NCBI GenBank assembly: GCA_008632985.1
Contig: QPGO01000326.1
Location: forward strand, 1 to 53,583
From: Psammoneis japonica
Lineage: Eukaryota
Direction of reading: 5' to 3'
Length of the DNA: 53,583 nt
The position numbers were made by a program, and so were the translations under genes. Below, one piece after another: positions 24,742-36,416 of this stretch. The number at the start of each line of letters is the position of its first letter. Positions within the stretch are counted from its first letter, which is position 1. The notes below the pieces were generated by a model. It ran no database searches, was not told where the DNA came from, and was given only the letters and a program-made list of their open reading frames with translations.

Positions 24742-25163
24742 CACGGCGTCTGGTACGACGAAGTTGGTAGAGAAAGCTCATCACACGACATGTCGTCTGA
24801 TGCAATCAAAATACACGCAATGGCAAAGCAGACGCATACTACATGACCTCTCGAAGAGTGTATATGAAAAATGCCATGATCGAAAAAATGCGCTCATGGG
24901 TGGCTTGATTGTCATGGAGTCAAAAACATGCCGATTTGTACGGAGCCAACGCAGGTTGACGATCGCTGGTACTGAAGCTACATGGTTTCTACATACGCGA
25001 TGTGGCCGTGGAATTCAAACAAGTCAATTTTCCCGCGCCGCCAGACAAAATCGCACAGAACACGACCCAACATCATCAACCGATCGATCGCTGCAGCATT
25101 GCTTTTGTCGACGAGAGAACAACATATTCCTGTTTGCCGCCGTGACGACCTTGCGTCTTTGCA

Positions 25164-28100
25164 ATGAGCGGCCGAGCGTACGCGGAGAGCCAGGGTCTTC
25201 CGTATTTTGAAGGCTTTACGTCTTCGGAAGACGAAGCCGAGAACGAAGAATCCGCCGTCGTTCGACAAAAGAGTTCTCTCAAGAAGAAATCTTCAAAGCT
25301 CGTGAGCAATACGTCACCACGATGTCGTCACAATCCGACGACTACCCACCGCCAAGTGTCTCGGACAAGAACAAGAAGAAACGCAAGGCACGAAAAAGAG
25401 TACCATCTCGCCGTGATGATGGAAGCCTGGGCGGGTACGAGGATGACTCTTTTTCCGCGGTAGAACATCGAAATAGCAATTCCTTCAGGAGGAAAAAACC
25501 GGCTCTTTACAAGCGTCCTCCCGCCATTCGAATCAATTTGTCCAATACGCAAAGCAACGACCAGTTGCCGGGTTGGCGTACCCAAAAGCAACTCTTGCAA
25601 GTTGCTCGAGCGCACGGTGGCATGGCGATTCAATACCGCGTGGGCTATGCCACCAAACCAATCAAGGATCACAATGCTGGTGCTGCTGCTACACTCGGAA
25701 AGATTCAAACGGGCGAACTCGTGGTGCAAAGCCGTTTTACGTGTGCCTCGGGAAACCATGGAGGTTCCACATTTCGTTTTGCAAATTGGAAGCTACCGGG
25801 CAACCTCCGGCTCACCACCAAGGCCAAACGACAACACGTGTCTATTTATAAAGACACGAGACCAAGGTTGTACAGCGCCAGCTTGTCGGAAACGTCTAAT
25901 CCAATCATTGTGTTGGAACCGAGATTAAGCGAAAAGGATCGACGCATGGTGAAGCGCTTTCTTATCCAGGCTGTATCCGGATCGACGCCTGTCGAGTTTT
26001 TCAAAGACTTGGATACAAGCAACGATGACAATGCTCGAGAGCAGGATGTACGAAACGAATCTCATGTCTTGTCCTTTGTCGAGGGCGATTCCTTTGAGAC
26101 GCAACGCGTCCGTAATACCCAAGACCAAGAGTCATCCTCTGTGGACGAGTCGCTGTCGGACGAGGACGGTAGTAGCACCGCCAATGTTTCATCCGACAAT
26201 GACGCAGTCGCGTTTGACAATGAGTCAATGGACGAGGATGGAATGGGTAGCAATGGTATTCCTTGTGACGATGAAGCAGCTGCGTTGGACAATGAGTCAC
26301 CGTTGGAAGGAGAATCGTTTTCTACTCAAGAGGTCAAGGCTCACTCGAATGTGGAAGACACTGAGAACAACGTCTTTTGCGAAGACAGCCAAGTTGATGC
26401 GGAGGCGATCGAAAAGGACAAGGAACTACTGCCCACCAAGGAGAGCCGCCAGCTTGCAATGGCCATCCCTCGTAAAGAGACGCTCTGGAAAGAGACGCTC
26501 TGGAAAGAGACTCTACGTGTACCAGATGCGCCTCTTGACGGCAACAACGCGAACGCCAGGGATTCGCCGCAGCCTCGTGCCGTTGTAAAGAAAGACACGG
26601 AAGAGAACAGGTCAAACAAGGAGAACGAAGAACCCCTCTTGAACCCCAAGAAGCGTAAAGCGAAAGAACCGTCACCACACCCATACGGCTGGCGTCCTCG
26701 AAGGCGACGAAAGTATGGCTCTCGCCTTCACAAGAACCGCAAACAAGCCACTCTAGAATTCCAAGTTGAAAAGAAAGACGCCGCTTCGCCTCTTGTCTTT
26801 GGTTTGATTGAAGGGATTGGCGGTGGGTGCGAGGAAGCGCCTAGTATCGACAGAATTGACACACAACTGCCTCATCGGGGAAGGATTCTCGAGCTACCCG
26901 GTGATGCAATGCCGGGTCGTTGGACTGGAGCTTTGGTCAAGGCCTCGTCGGATAGCGGAATGAGCCAGCCAGTGGCATTACCATGGAGAGTACGGTGCGT
27001 GATTTGCGCGGAGTAAGAGTCTGTTTGCGCCACGACATGGCGAAAGGGCTTGACCCGTTGGATATTCAAGAAAGCAGTACAGGCACGCCGCCCGCCATTC
27101 CGCGTATCCGGGGTGGTGGAAAGGATTACAAGAAGGGGTCCACCATCCAGTTAGGTGATCTCCTTGTGAGTGCCTTCGACCCTTCACACGACCGAGCACA
27201 GAGGTTTGTACATCAAGGCGTGCTATACAATGACGAAATACACCCCATGGCAAAGGCATACATTGGCTCAATCTCGATTGTATGTTTTGACGGGTTCAAG
27301 GATTGGTCGCATGAAACAAGGGGCGGGAGCAACATTGCTAGCGCTTTTCTACAGAGTTGCTGCCAAGAAGAACTTCTTTCTGGAGGCTGCGGGCTTGTTC
27401 CCATTGCGTATCCAAGAAGTAGCACAGAGGGAAAAGACGAGTCCTGCGACACGGGAAATGTAGGTGTGTCATTGCCCTGCAGAATCGAATTCAGTGACAT
27501 ATACAAGCTGTACATTGCGAGCGACGAAGCATCAGGCTGCGTCGTCGCAATTGACGGTGAGTGAAAAAAAGCAATGGTGCAGAATCACAATATAAATTCG
27601 TCCACGGCCTCACACGTTCGTTCCTAGTCATCTTTTATTGTGCCTCAACATCCGACCATAGTTTGGATTCATCGTCTACATCAAGCTCGAAGTGGGATGT
27701 GCGCACGCTGTCAGAGGAAAGGCTCGGTTGTCACAACAAACGAATGAAGCGTGATCGCACGTCTGTTTTTGAGAGGGAAATCGAGAAGTATAGCAAGGCC
27801 AGGATTGACACTTCAACTAATAAATATCAAGGCTCGCCCAAGGGTCGATGGTCGATCAAGAGTAGTCGCAATGTTGCCGTCAATTACGAAAGAGCGAGAC
27901 CCCGTCCCAGTCGACCTTCCGCTCTATTTACTTCAAAGGTGGTGATGGAGCCAAGGAACGAAGCTCAAAGCAGTGGTGTTGATCATAGCACGCAAAGTTG
28001 TGCCAAATCACATACGACTTGTGAACCTGAGCACACGAAGGAGGAGCAAGCGAAGAACACCTCGTCTACTGAGATTGCTCGAGATTGTGGAGTAGCTTTG

Positions 28101-30020
28101 ATGACAGACCTCGCCCCGTCGGTTGCTTCCAACGCTGGACCGCCTATTCACAGCAACCCGATCCAGACTCTTGCTACAGCTGCCGACAGCCTTCACCTAT
28201 CGTACAATCGAGCAGAAGACGAACCTCTTGTCGCTTCGAATATCACTCTAAACGTTTCGAAACCCGCCGAAAAGCCGCAAACAGAGCAAGCGCCTTCAGT
28301 CGCTTCTCATATATCATCTCATGCTCACAGCGCTTCTCGCTCAAACATAAGCCTCGAGTCCACCCACACCCGGAGTAGCTCATCATCAAAGTCCAAATCT
28401 CCTTCCAACAAGACCAGAGAAGCTTCTCGTGAGAAGTCGCATACAACTTCGAACTCTTCCGCGACACATTTTGGGGTTGGCGACGCTGTCGATACGAGAG
28501 CTGGTTTAATCGAAGGGACAAAAGGCTTAGGTGGGGTAGAGGCTACCGACTTGGAGGTTCCGGGCTTTGTCACCATCCAAGGCGAAGAAGGTGCTGGTGG
28601 AATCGATAGGAAGTCCACTGTTGGTCTCGGCAAGACTGTCTTTGCCGATTCAATAGTAGAGACGATTGGACTTGGCGAGAGCTCAGGAGTCGAAAATGCT
28701 GCCAATGAAGTTGAGAGGGCGGAAGCCATTCCATGGACCACTAAGCCTGAGCGAAGAATCAGAAGCAACCAGAATGCTGGAACTGGCCTTGATTCTTCTT
28801 TCACCGTTGGGGTAGGTGAAAGTGCTGGCCTCGGAAAAGTTTCCATGGAAGTCAAGACTGCGACAACTGACGGCTCAAAGCATGCCGGTCCTGAAGGGAG
28901 GGAGAAAATCGTCGAAAACGACTCCGATGTGGCACCAAAAGGTGGTTCTTCTTCTTTCACTTCTACGAACAAGACGCTGAATGAGGGCGGCAGTGTAGGT
29001 CCTGGAAACGTTACCAAGACAACCGAGAGGGCGACGTCAAGCGGCATGACGAAAGCTTGTCCCCAGACTGATGAGGAAAAGACCATCAACAACTCCGCCG
29101 CCGTTGGATCTAGAGGTGGTCCTGTCGTTACCATTCCCTCCGAGTCCGCCAGACTAGGTGGAAATCCTGGTGTTGGTCCCGGACAAGGTACCAAGAAAAA
29201 GCAGAGGGCGACAACTCCTCAAATCGGAATAAAACGGGTCGGCTTTGCGCTCCACGATACCACGGACGTGTCAGATGAGGAACGAATTGGTGCAGCGCGT
29301 GTCACAGCTCCAGATGCTTTTGCTGAGGAAGGCTGTGTGCCGGCCAATATCTCCCAAACGCAGCAGAAGCGCCACACCGCAGCTTCTGGCACAGCTGTTG
29401 CTGGTGCTATTGCACGCGAACATGCATGCGTGCAACAATCCCAGACCGGCACTGCTTTTGTCACGCCTTTTCCACCCCACGATCAACGCCAAGTGACGGC
29501 CGAAGAAAATAGTGATTGTGTCTCTGAGAATGCTACGCCTTTTCTTTCGAAGCTAGAGAAAGCTTTGAATGATAATGGTTTTCCTAAGGATGAAATCGAC
29601 AACAAAGTAGCACACCGTTCATATTGTCGTCAAACGACATTTGATCGTAACGAGGGAAATGACAACGGCGCTCATTGTCTTGATCAGAGCAGGATCTATG
29701 GCACTGGTCCATGTGCTGGTCAGAGCTCCGCTTCTGACAGCATTCACGGATCGCTCTGCGTCTCCTCGCAAGCCGCCTCGGACGATCAGTGCAAGCTTGC
29801 CAAAGGCAGTCGGCTGCATCGCAGTAACAGGACATACTTTTCGTTTCGTGGTTGCCGGAGGCTTCTCCTTTTGCTCTTACTTACGCTGACTTTATCGGTT
29901 GTGCAAACCCCTCCCTCTGTCGCCGTGTTGGCTCCTCTGCATCCCGAATCGTTCAACGCGATTGCAGATCGTTGGCTTTCTGAACGACACGGTGGTGTTT
30001 CGTTTCTCACGTTGAATTGA
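25164..30020 (+). CDS. Large low-complexity hypothetical protein (basic NLS-like patches)
   Basis: Consecutive ORFs 25164-, 25322-, 26983- and 27561-; intron 27557-27627 (GTGAGT..CCTAG) joins the last two in frame; frame changes near 25320 and 26985; KETLW repeat. May be more than one gene; 3' end uncertain. Confidence 0.6.
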
Positions 30021-30130
30021 GTTTCGGCCGCATAAAATGGAATGAAAGGCAGGTTATGGGAATAGGAGAATTCCTTATCTTTTCCCTTACCGGATGAGGT
30101 TTCGGCTGGTGTCTTGTCCACATCTTGCCG

Positions 30131-30502
30131 TCAAAAACTGTAACTATCCGACCACTTGCTAAAATAGCTGCTCCTAGTTTTCCACTCGCTCTCTAGCCTT
30201 TGCCACTTGTTGTTTCCGAAGCGAAATATTGTTTCATCTTCTTGAGATGTCTTGAATTGCGCTGTGTGGCACCAGACTGCCTGTTCTATCCCTAGAAGCG
30301 ATTCCAGGGAATTGGGAGCGAGTGCAGATGACTTACCGATCCTCCAGTGTGTTTGAAGTACCGGAGATTTGGGGAAGAGAATCAAAAGTTATCGAGTAGA
30401 ACACTAGATTACTTCAGATAGGTTGATGACAATGCGTTTCTGGTGGTTCTTGAGGACCAAGTCTGCGGATGCCTTATCCTTCTCAGGCATTGTTGAACTC
30501 AT
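30131..30502 (-). CDS. Possible small gene divergent from the peroxiredoxin
   Basis: ATG 30502 (MSSTMPEKDKASADLVLKNHQKRIVINLSE) followed by a possible GTAATC donor, then ORF 30131-30385; splice acceptor not resolved. Confidence 0.25.
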
Positions 30503-30738
30503 CCGTGACCGACCGCATCCCGTGACTGCCACGCGTGAACTTCAACTTGAGTGACACTGCTTTCTGAGCAGTCTCTCGTAGCATCCCGTATGGATTCTAC
30601 GCAAAGGAGGCATTTTGAGATTGCGTTCTGAGTTCAGCGGGCGTTTCGCTTTCATTCCCGCCTTCTCGACCGCTCTCACAATCGAGATCTTCACGGCAAC
30701 ACCTTTCTACCTTAGCAACTGCAGCGACAACAACAACC

Positions 30739-31609
30739 ATGGGAGGACCTGGACTCAACGATACTGTAAGTCATACATGATTATAAGAATTGCGAAATCG
30801 CCTTCACGTCATTCACCTTGCTTACGATTTTCTCGTCCTGTATCTTGGCTTCACGTGATCCGTTCTCAGTTTCCGAATCTTCAAGGATCCACTCAAGATT
30901 CTGACTCGTTTGATCTTTACGAGTACATTGGGGACTCCTTTGCAATCATATTCTCGCATCCGGCGGATTACACGCCAGTCTGCACCACCGAGCTGGGTGA
31001 GGCTGCGCGTTTGGCTCCCGAATTTGAGAAGCGCGGAGTCAAGGTGGTTGGATTTCTTGCAACGATTCTTCCTCTCACAAGGGATGGGTCAAGGATATCA
31101 AGTGCGCCACTGGATCAGAAGTGACGTACCCTCTCTTTTGTGATCCAAACCGAGAGCACGCTTACGCGCTGGGCATTCTCGACGAGACCAACAAGAATGC
31201 AAAGGGCTTGCCTCTCTCGGTTCGTTCGGTCTATTTCCTTAAACCCGACAAGACGATTGCGCTCATGTTGACATATCCGGCAACCACCGGAAGGAACTTT
31301 GACGAAGTTCTCCGCTGTTTGGATTCTATTCTTCTACGTCGAAGAAACAGGTGGCGACGCCCGTGAACTGGAAACCGGGTGACGATGTCATGGTGAACTT
31401 CCCACTCTCGGATGAGCAGGCGGACGAAACCTTTGGGAAGGTGGGTCCTTCAAATTTTGGGAGTAGCTCTTCTATTTCAAATCTGTTTATAACAGCCTTT
31501 CTGTTTTTCTCGTTATCTACAGGATGGATACAGGATCGTGGATGTTCCTTCGGAAGAAGGAAAGGACCTCCCCAAGCACTACATGCGTTTTACTGCGTGC
31601 CCTAAGTAG
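30739..31609 (+). CDS. PRDX6: 1-Cys peroxiredoxin (Prx6 family)
   Basis: FSHPADYTPVCTTELG signature, YPATTGRNFDEVLR, ATPVNWKPGD; introns 30766-30869 and 31441-31522; two apparent 1-nt deletions near 31055 and 31335. Confidence 0.92.
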
Positions 31610-32323
31610 GCAGGATGGTACTTCGGGCTCATCTGAATTAGTCATCGTGCACGCATAAATCAGAGAAAGATGCTGCAAGGATGTTTATTTTGGGATATTG
31701 TTGGGGAAGGCTTTTTAGAACCAGCAACGAAAGAGATATAGAAATACGTTGAAATTAGAATACTACTAGATGTTCACAGAGCCCATGATGGACTGCTACT
31801 AATTACAGATGACTCACTGTAGCACGGTTTTACCTGGCTCATTCTTTCGTGGCACCATCAGCCTTTGAACAGGCTAAGGCAATAGCGTGACATGGAAGAA
31901 CCGCTTCTACAGAATCACGAGAGTACTCTATTGGGGCGCACGCGTATTGTGATATATATTTTTCATCTTGTTTCCTGGAAGATTCGCCAAATGCTGTTCC
32001 GCGAACAACCCGAATAGAGTGAAACTGGGGTTATCTGCGTCAAATTGCTCAGTTGAGACCATGTGCGGTAGACGTCGAAGCCACATCCTAGAGAAAAAGA
32101 AAAAAAAAACACCGAACGAGACAGAGGTAGGCAAACTTAAAGTCACACAACTTTCATGTGATATGTAGACTGTTAGCGCACTCTAGAGCATGGCAAACTA
32201 GACCTCTACTGTAGCTACTAGCTAGCTCGTAGTACGCCGCCCAGCGATCCACCCCAGCTGTGCCACTGCCAACCAAACCGGATCCTAACCTGTATCATAA
32301 ACAACGCCAACGTCTACGCCACA

Positions 32324-33530
32324 TTGACAATGCGCAGACGACTGCACATCGGTGCTGCACAAGGGTCACGGTGCTCCCGTCTCAACGCACTGCGAACAAT
32401 CATGACAGCCATCGACGACATCTTTCGACCACTCAATGCCAATGACACGGCACAACGTCAAGAACCCATCTCAGTGAAAAAATTGCGCAAAGGAGATGCA
32501 ACCTGGTCGACACAAAAGGAAGTGCTGGGGTGGCTGATCGACACCCACTCCATGACACTGCGCCTCACTGACTGTCGCCTTGCAAGACTCTGCACTGCTC
32601 TCCACCAGGACTCCCCCCACCAACATAATTGAGCTGCCACTTCTGACTGCCACCGCCTGCTTGGTGAGCTCTGCTCACTGTCAACAGCAATCCCCAGATC
32701 ACGTGGTCTGTTTTCCAAACTCCAGAAACTGCTGCGCCAAACACCACACCAGACTCCTGCACATGTCTCACACTGACCTCCATGCAATTATGGACAACTT
32801 TAGAGACCTCTGCACCACCCTTGAACTCCATCCAGCACACCTCCAAGAGCTGGTCCCGCTTGAACCCACCGGTGCATGGATGCCACGATGCTGCCGGTCA
32901 GGGTGCAGGAGGAGTGCCACTGCCCACAAATGCGCTGCCACCGTGCCACGGGCAACTAAACTCAAGTTTGGCCCTTCTGCACGGGCCCGCCGTCAAACCT
33001 CCTCCTGCCCAACAGTGTGGCAAATGCCCTTCCCAAAGGACATGACATCTGACCTTGCAACCTGCGACAACCCCACCGGAACTACAACCAACACCAATCT
33101 CAAGCTCGCAGGTGGCGTTGTGCAAACACATGCAGCCTCCAACTGTTTCGACATGCAAGAACGCACTCACCTCCAATGCACTGACAGTCCAGGGACCATG
33201 TTCTGGCAACAAAAAGGATCCTTGACTGCTGCCAAAGTTCGTGCTTCTCCACTTCATTGCCAAGCCCACCACCAACATTTTCATCAGCAACTCACGCTAC
33301 ATGACTGCCTGCCGGGCCCCCTCAACACTGCCGGCAACAATGCCTCACGCTTGCAATCCCTTGCTGACACCAAAATTTTGCGCCACTTTCACTCTTGTTG
33401 TCCCCAGAACAAACCTTGGTGCTTGTGGACCCCGCCACCCGCACTGTGTTCCTTCGTGACCTCCGTGCTGCACAAGAAGCAGTGCCCATGCAGTTGCCTC
33501 TTCACGAGCCTCCGCCGCCAACACCACACT
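32324..33530 (+). pseudogene. RT C-terminus/RNase H remnant of the YR retroelement
   Basis: EPISVKKLRKGDATWSTQKEVLGWLIDT; GCHDAAGQGAG, TNTNLKLAG, HDCLPGPLNTAGNNASR; frameshifted. Confidence 0.8.
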
Positions 33531-34520
33531 GTGGCCATCGATTGACTCCTTCGTAAAATCAACAATCCCGTCCTCCACCTCCAAGTCTGCCTCCACTGAT
33601 GCCGCATCGGCATCCTCGCACCACGTGGCCATCCCGTCCGTGGATGCACTGCTGAAATGCCTTGCTGTCTGTTGGCCAAACGTTTGCTGCAATGCGGTCC
33701 CCGGACCTGCACCTCACACCACAAGGGGGTTTTGATTTCTGACTCACCTGTCAAATCCATCATTGCAAGAAGCAAGATCCTCCGCCAGACAGAGTCAAGC
33801 CCATCCCGGTTGCCGTCCTGCATTGGGTCCTCTCCGCAGCCGCCCTTGGCCAACACCCGGGCACCCAAGTGATCACAGATGTGATTGCTCTAGCCTTTTT
33901 CTTCCTTTTGCGCCCTGGCAAATGCACTGCCATGCCTTCTGACACCACTCATTTCCAGATTGCCAATGTGCATCTCTCTGCTGGTGGTGCACATCTCAAC
34001 CTGTTTGAAGTGCCCACAGCACAGCCAATGGCCGCCACCTTCACCACCCTCACCTTCGCCGACCAAAAGAATGGTGTGCGCAGTGAAGTCACAGGTCTGG
34101 GCCTTTCTGGCCACCCCCAACTGTGCCCAGTTAAAGCAGCAACACATCGAGTGTTGCACTTGCGCGCCCACGGTGTGCTCCCGGACACCCCCCTCTCTGC
34201 ATGCTTTCATGATGGTGCATGGCACCAGGTCAGCCCAGTTGACATCACATCCATCCTCCACACTGTTGTCACTGCCCTTGGCCCCCAGAACCTTGGTTTT
34301 AACCCTTCTGATGTTTCCACACACTGCCTTTGTGCCGCCGGTGCCACAGGGGTTGCTGTGTGCCCAAGTGGACACTGACATCATCCGTCTCTTGGGACAC
34401 TGGCGCTCCGATGAAATGCTGCAATGCCTCCACCTCCAAGCAGAGCCCATCATGAGCAATTTCTCACAATGCATGCCAGCCGGTGGGAACTTTGTCCTTC
34501 ACCCCAATGACGATGTCCCA
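33530..34520 (+). pseudogene. Tyrosine recombinase remnant
   Basis: KQDPPPDRVKPIP, FFFLLRPGKCT, QKNG, CPVKA, IRLLGHWRSDEMLQCLHLQA; the catalytic Tyr position reads Cys. Confidence 0.85.
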
Positions 34521-34613
34521 CTTGCCCCCAACATGCCTCAAGCACCACAGCTCACCAGCCGGTCCCACCTCTCCCACCCAAAATTCACTTGTGCCTCCTT
34601 TGGAGGAGCTGGA

Positions 34614-35051
34614 GGCCCTTGCCATCCAGCCTGGGTTTTCTTGGGAGAGTGCAAGCCTGTGCCAGCAAAGGCCTCTCCACTCCCAGATTGGTTTGGCCCT
34701 GGTCTGGCCACTGAGTGTTGCTGCAGTGGACAAACAAGAAAAGCGGCAACAGCCACTGGCCTCAAGCAACACACCAAGCAAGATCCCCAATTCCGTTGAG
34801 CACACAAGCGACCCATGAGCTGCCTGTCCAATGAAGCTTGCTCATTCTTTTGAGACAACAACAGCAAGTCAAAGTGGGTGGCTTTTGACACTCCCACCTC
34901 TCCCGCCCTCTGGCCCTTGCCATCCAGCCTGGGTTTTCTTGGGAGAGTGCAAGCGCCTGCACCAGCAAAGCCCTCTCCACTCCTGGATTGGTTTGGTCCC
35001 AGTCCAGCTGCTGAACATTGCTGCAGTGGACAAATGAGAAAACACAGCAAC
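34614..35051 (+). repeat. Pair of about 140-bp direct repeats (34614-34750, 34912-35051) at the element 3' end
   Basis: Both start GGCCCTTGCCATCCAGCCTGGGTTTTCTTGGGAGAGTGCAAGC; mismatches are mostly TG/CA swaps. Confidence 0.9.
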
Positions 35052-35109
35052 TGGATCCCCCATGCTCCACATTGAGTTTGACGATGGTGGTGCCTGTGAC
35101 GTCAATCTA

Positions 35110-35552
35110 GAGTGCAACACACAGCCACTGACAAGAGCCAATGCATCACGGCAACGTGTTGCAGCCTTTAAATGTCACAAAGGGCATGACAAAAACAACC
35201 TTTTGTCTGCATGCACACTGCGTTGTGAATTCACAGCGGAGTGGTTCATCGCAACCATTGGGCAGGAGGCCAGGGGTTCGAAACCCTGAGTGGGAGTTGT
35301 CTGCAGCAACGTTGATCACTGTCGAACGCGCAAAACTCTGTGCAGTTCTGTGTGTTCCTTCGCACGCACCCACACTGTTCCGCCAAAACCGTGCAGTGTC
35401 AGCACACGTCAGCAAAGAGCCGCATGGACGCGTGACACATGGGGAGGAGTGCAACACACAGCTGCTGACAAGAGCTGATGCATCACGGCGACGTGTTGCA
35501 GCCTTTAAATGTCACAAAGGGCGTGACAAAAACAACCTTTTGTCTGCATGCA
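35110..35552 (+). repeat. 106-bp direct repeat pair (35110-35215, 35447-35552)
   Basis: GAGTGCAACACACAG...TTTTGTCTGCATGCA twice; differences are 2 CA/TG and 2 CA/CG. Confidence 0.92.
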
Positions 35553-36047
35553 TGCTGCAAGAGGAACATGTCCAGGGAACCAATCTCTGTCATTTGCTGG
35601 ACAAGGGAAAAAACCGGATGCTGCCAGCAGCTCTGTTTGAAGATTGTGTCATCAAATGGCTCTGGAGAACTGGTTTGCACGCACACACACACACACGAGT
35701 TGAGCATTTTTTTGTCACCTTCTCCTCAGAGTTGACCTTGCATCTGACTCGCACAATGATTGACAACATTATAGAAGTTTCTAAAACATCGTGTGCACTC
35801 TGCTGTTTGCCAAGTCAATGCACCACGCATGTCATTTTGCAGTTTTGCAGGCACAAGTCTGGATTTCATGAGTGCATTTGCAAACAATGGGAGGCTGGTG
35901 TCCGTTGACACCGGCGCCCATTTGAAAGACAGGAAACAGGGGAAAAGCCTTTTCCAGCAGTGCACTTTGCTTGCAGCATCCTCGCCAATGTCACAGTGAC
36001 CAGAAGACTGATGCCACTCCCTGGGAATGAAACAACAGGACAGACCT

Positions 36048-36243
36048 TGACAGAATGCCGAAGGTCGACAATGACAGAGGCATGAAAGACTCCCCAAAGC
36101 ACCAGGACTGTGACAACACGAGTGCCAGCAGATGAGAAAGTGAGAAGCAGATCTCAGAGAGATCTGCTTGTCTGTCCAAATGGTCCAGCCATCATCCGCA
36201 TCCAGTCTGTCCATCGTGCGACATGTGGATGAGCAGGCTGACA
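36048..36243 (-). repeat. 3' LTR
   Basis: Matches 43052-43247 with 10 transition differences. Confidence 0.96.
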
Positions 36244-36253
36244 CCCTCCCCTG
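36244..36253 (-). promoter_or_regulatory. Polypurine tract
   Basis: CAGGGGAGGG on the minus strand immediately before the 3' LTR. Confidence 0.8.
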
Positions 36254-36416
36254 ATCTGCAATGTCTCAACACAGAAAACAGGACAGATCAAACCAAAGAA
36301 CAGGGATGACACAGGGAAACAGAGAGACCAGACACAGGACACAATGAGTGTCCATGCCCAATGCGCCATCAAACAAGGGGGCAATGCGCAGCAGGGAGGC
36401 CACCGTGGAAAAAATG

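Larger units (their letters stand above)
32290..35060 (+). mobile_element. 5'-truncated tyrosine-recombinase retrotransposon (DIRS/Ngaro-like), degenerate
   Basis: RT end, RNase H and YR remnants in order, followed by two direct repeats. Confidence 0.85.

Noticed and set aside
34563..35552. CRISPR-like array
   Set aside because: Only pairs of long repeats, no regular spacers, eukaryotic TE context.
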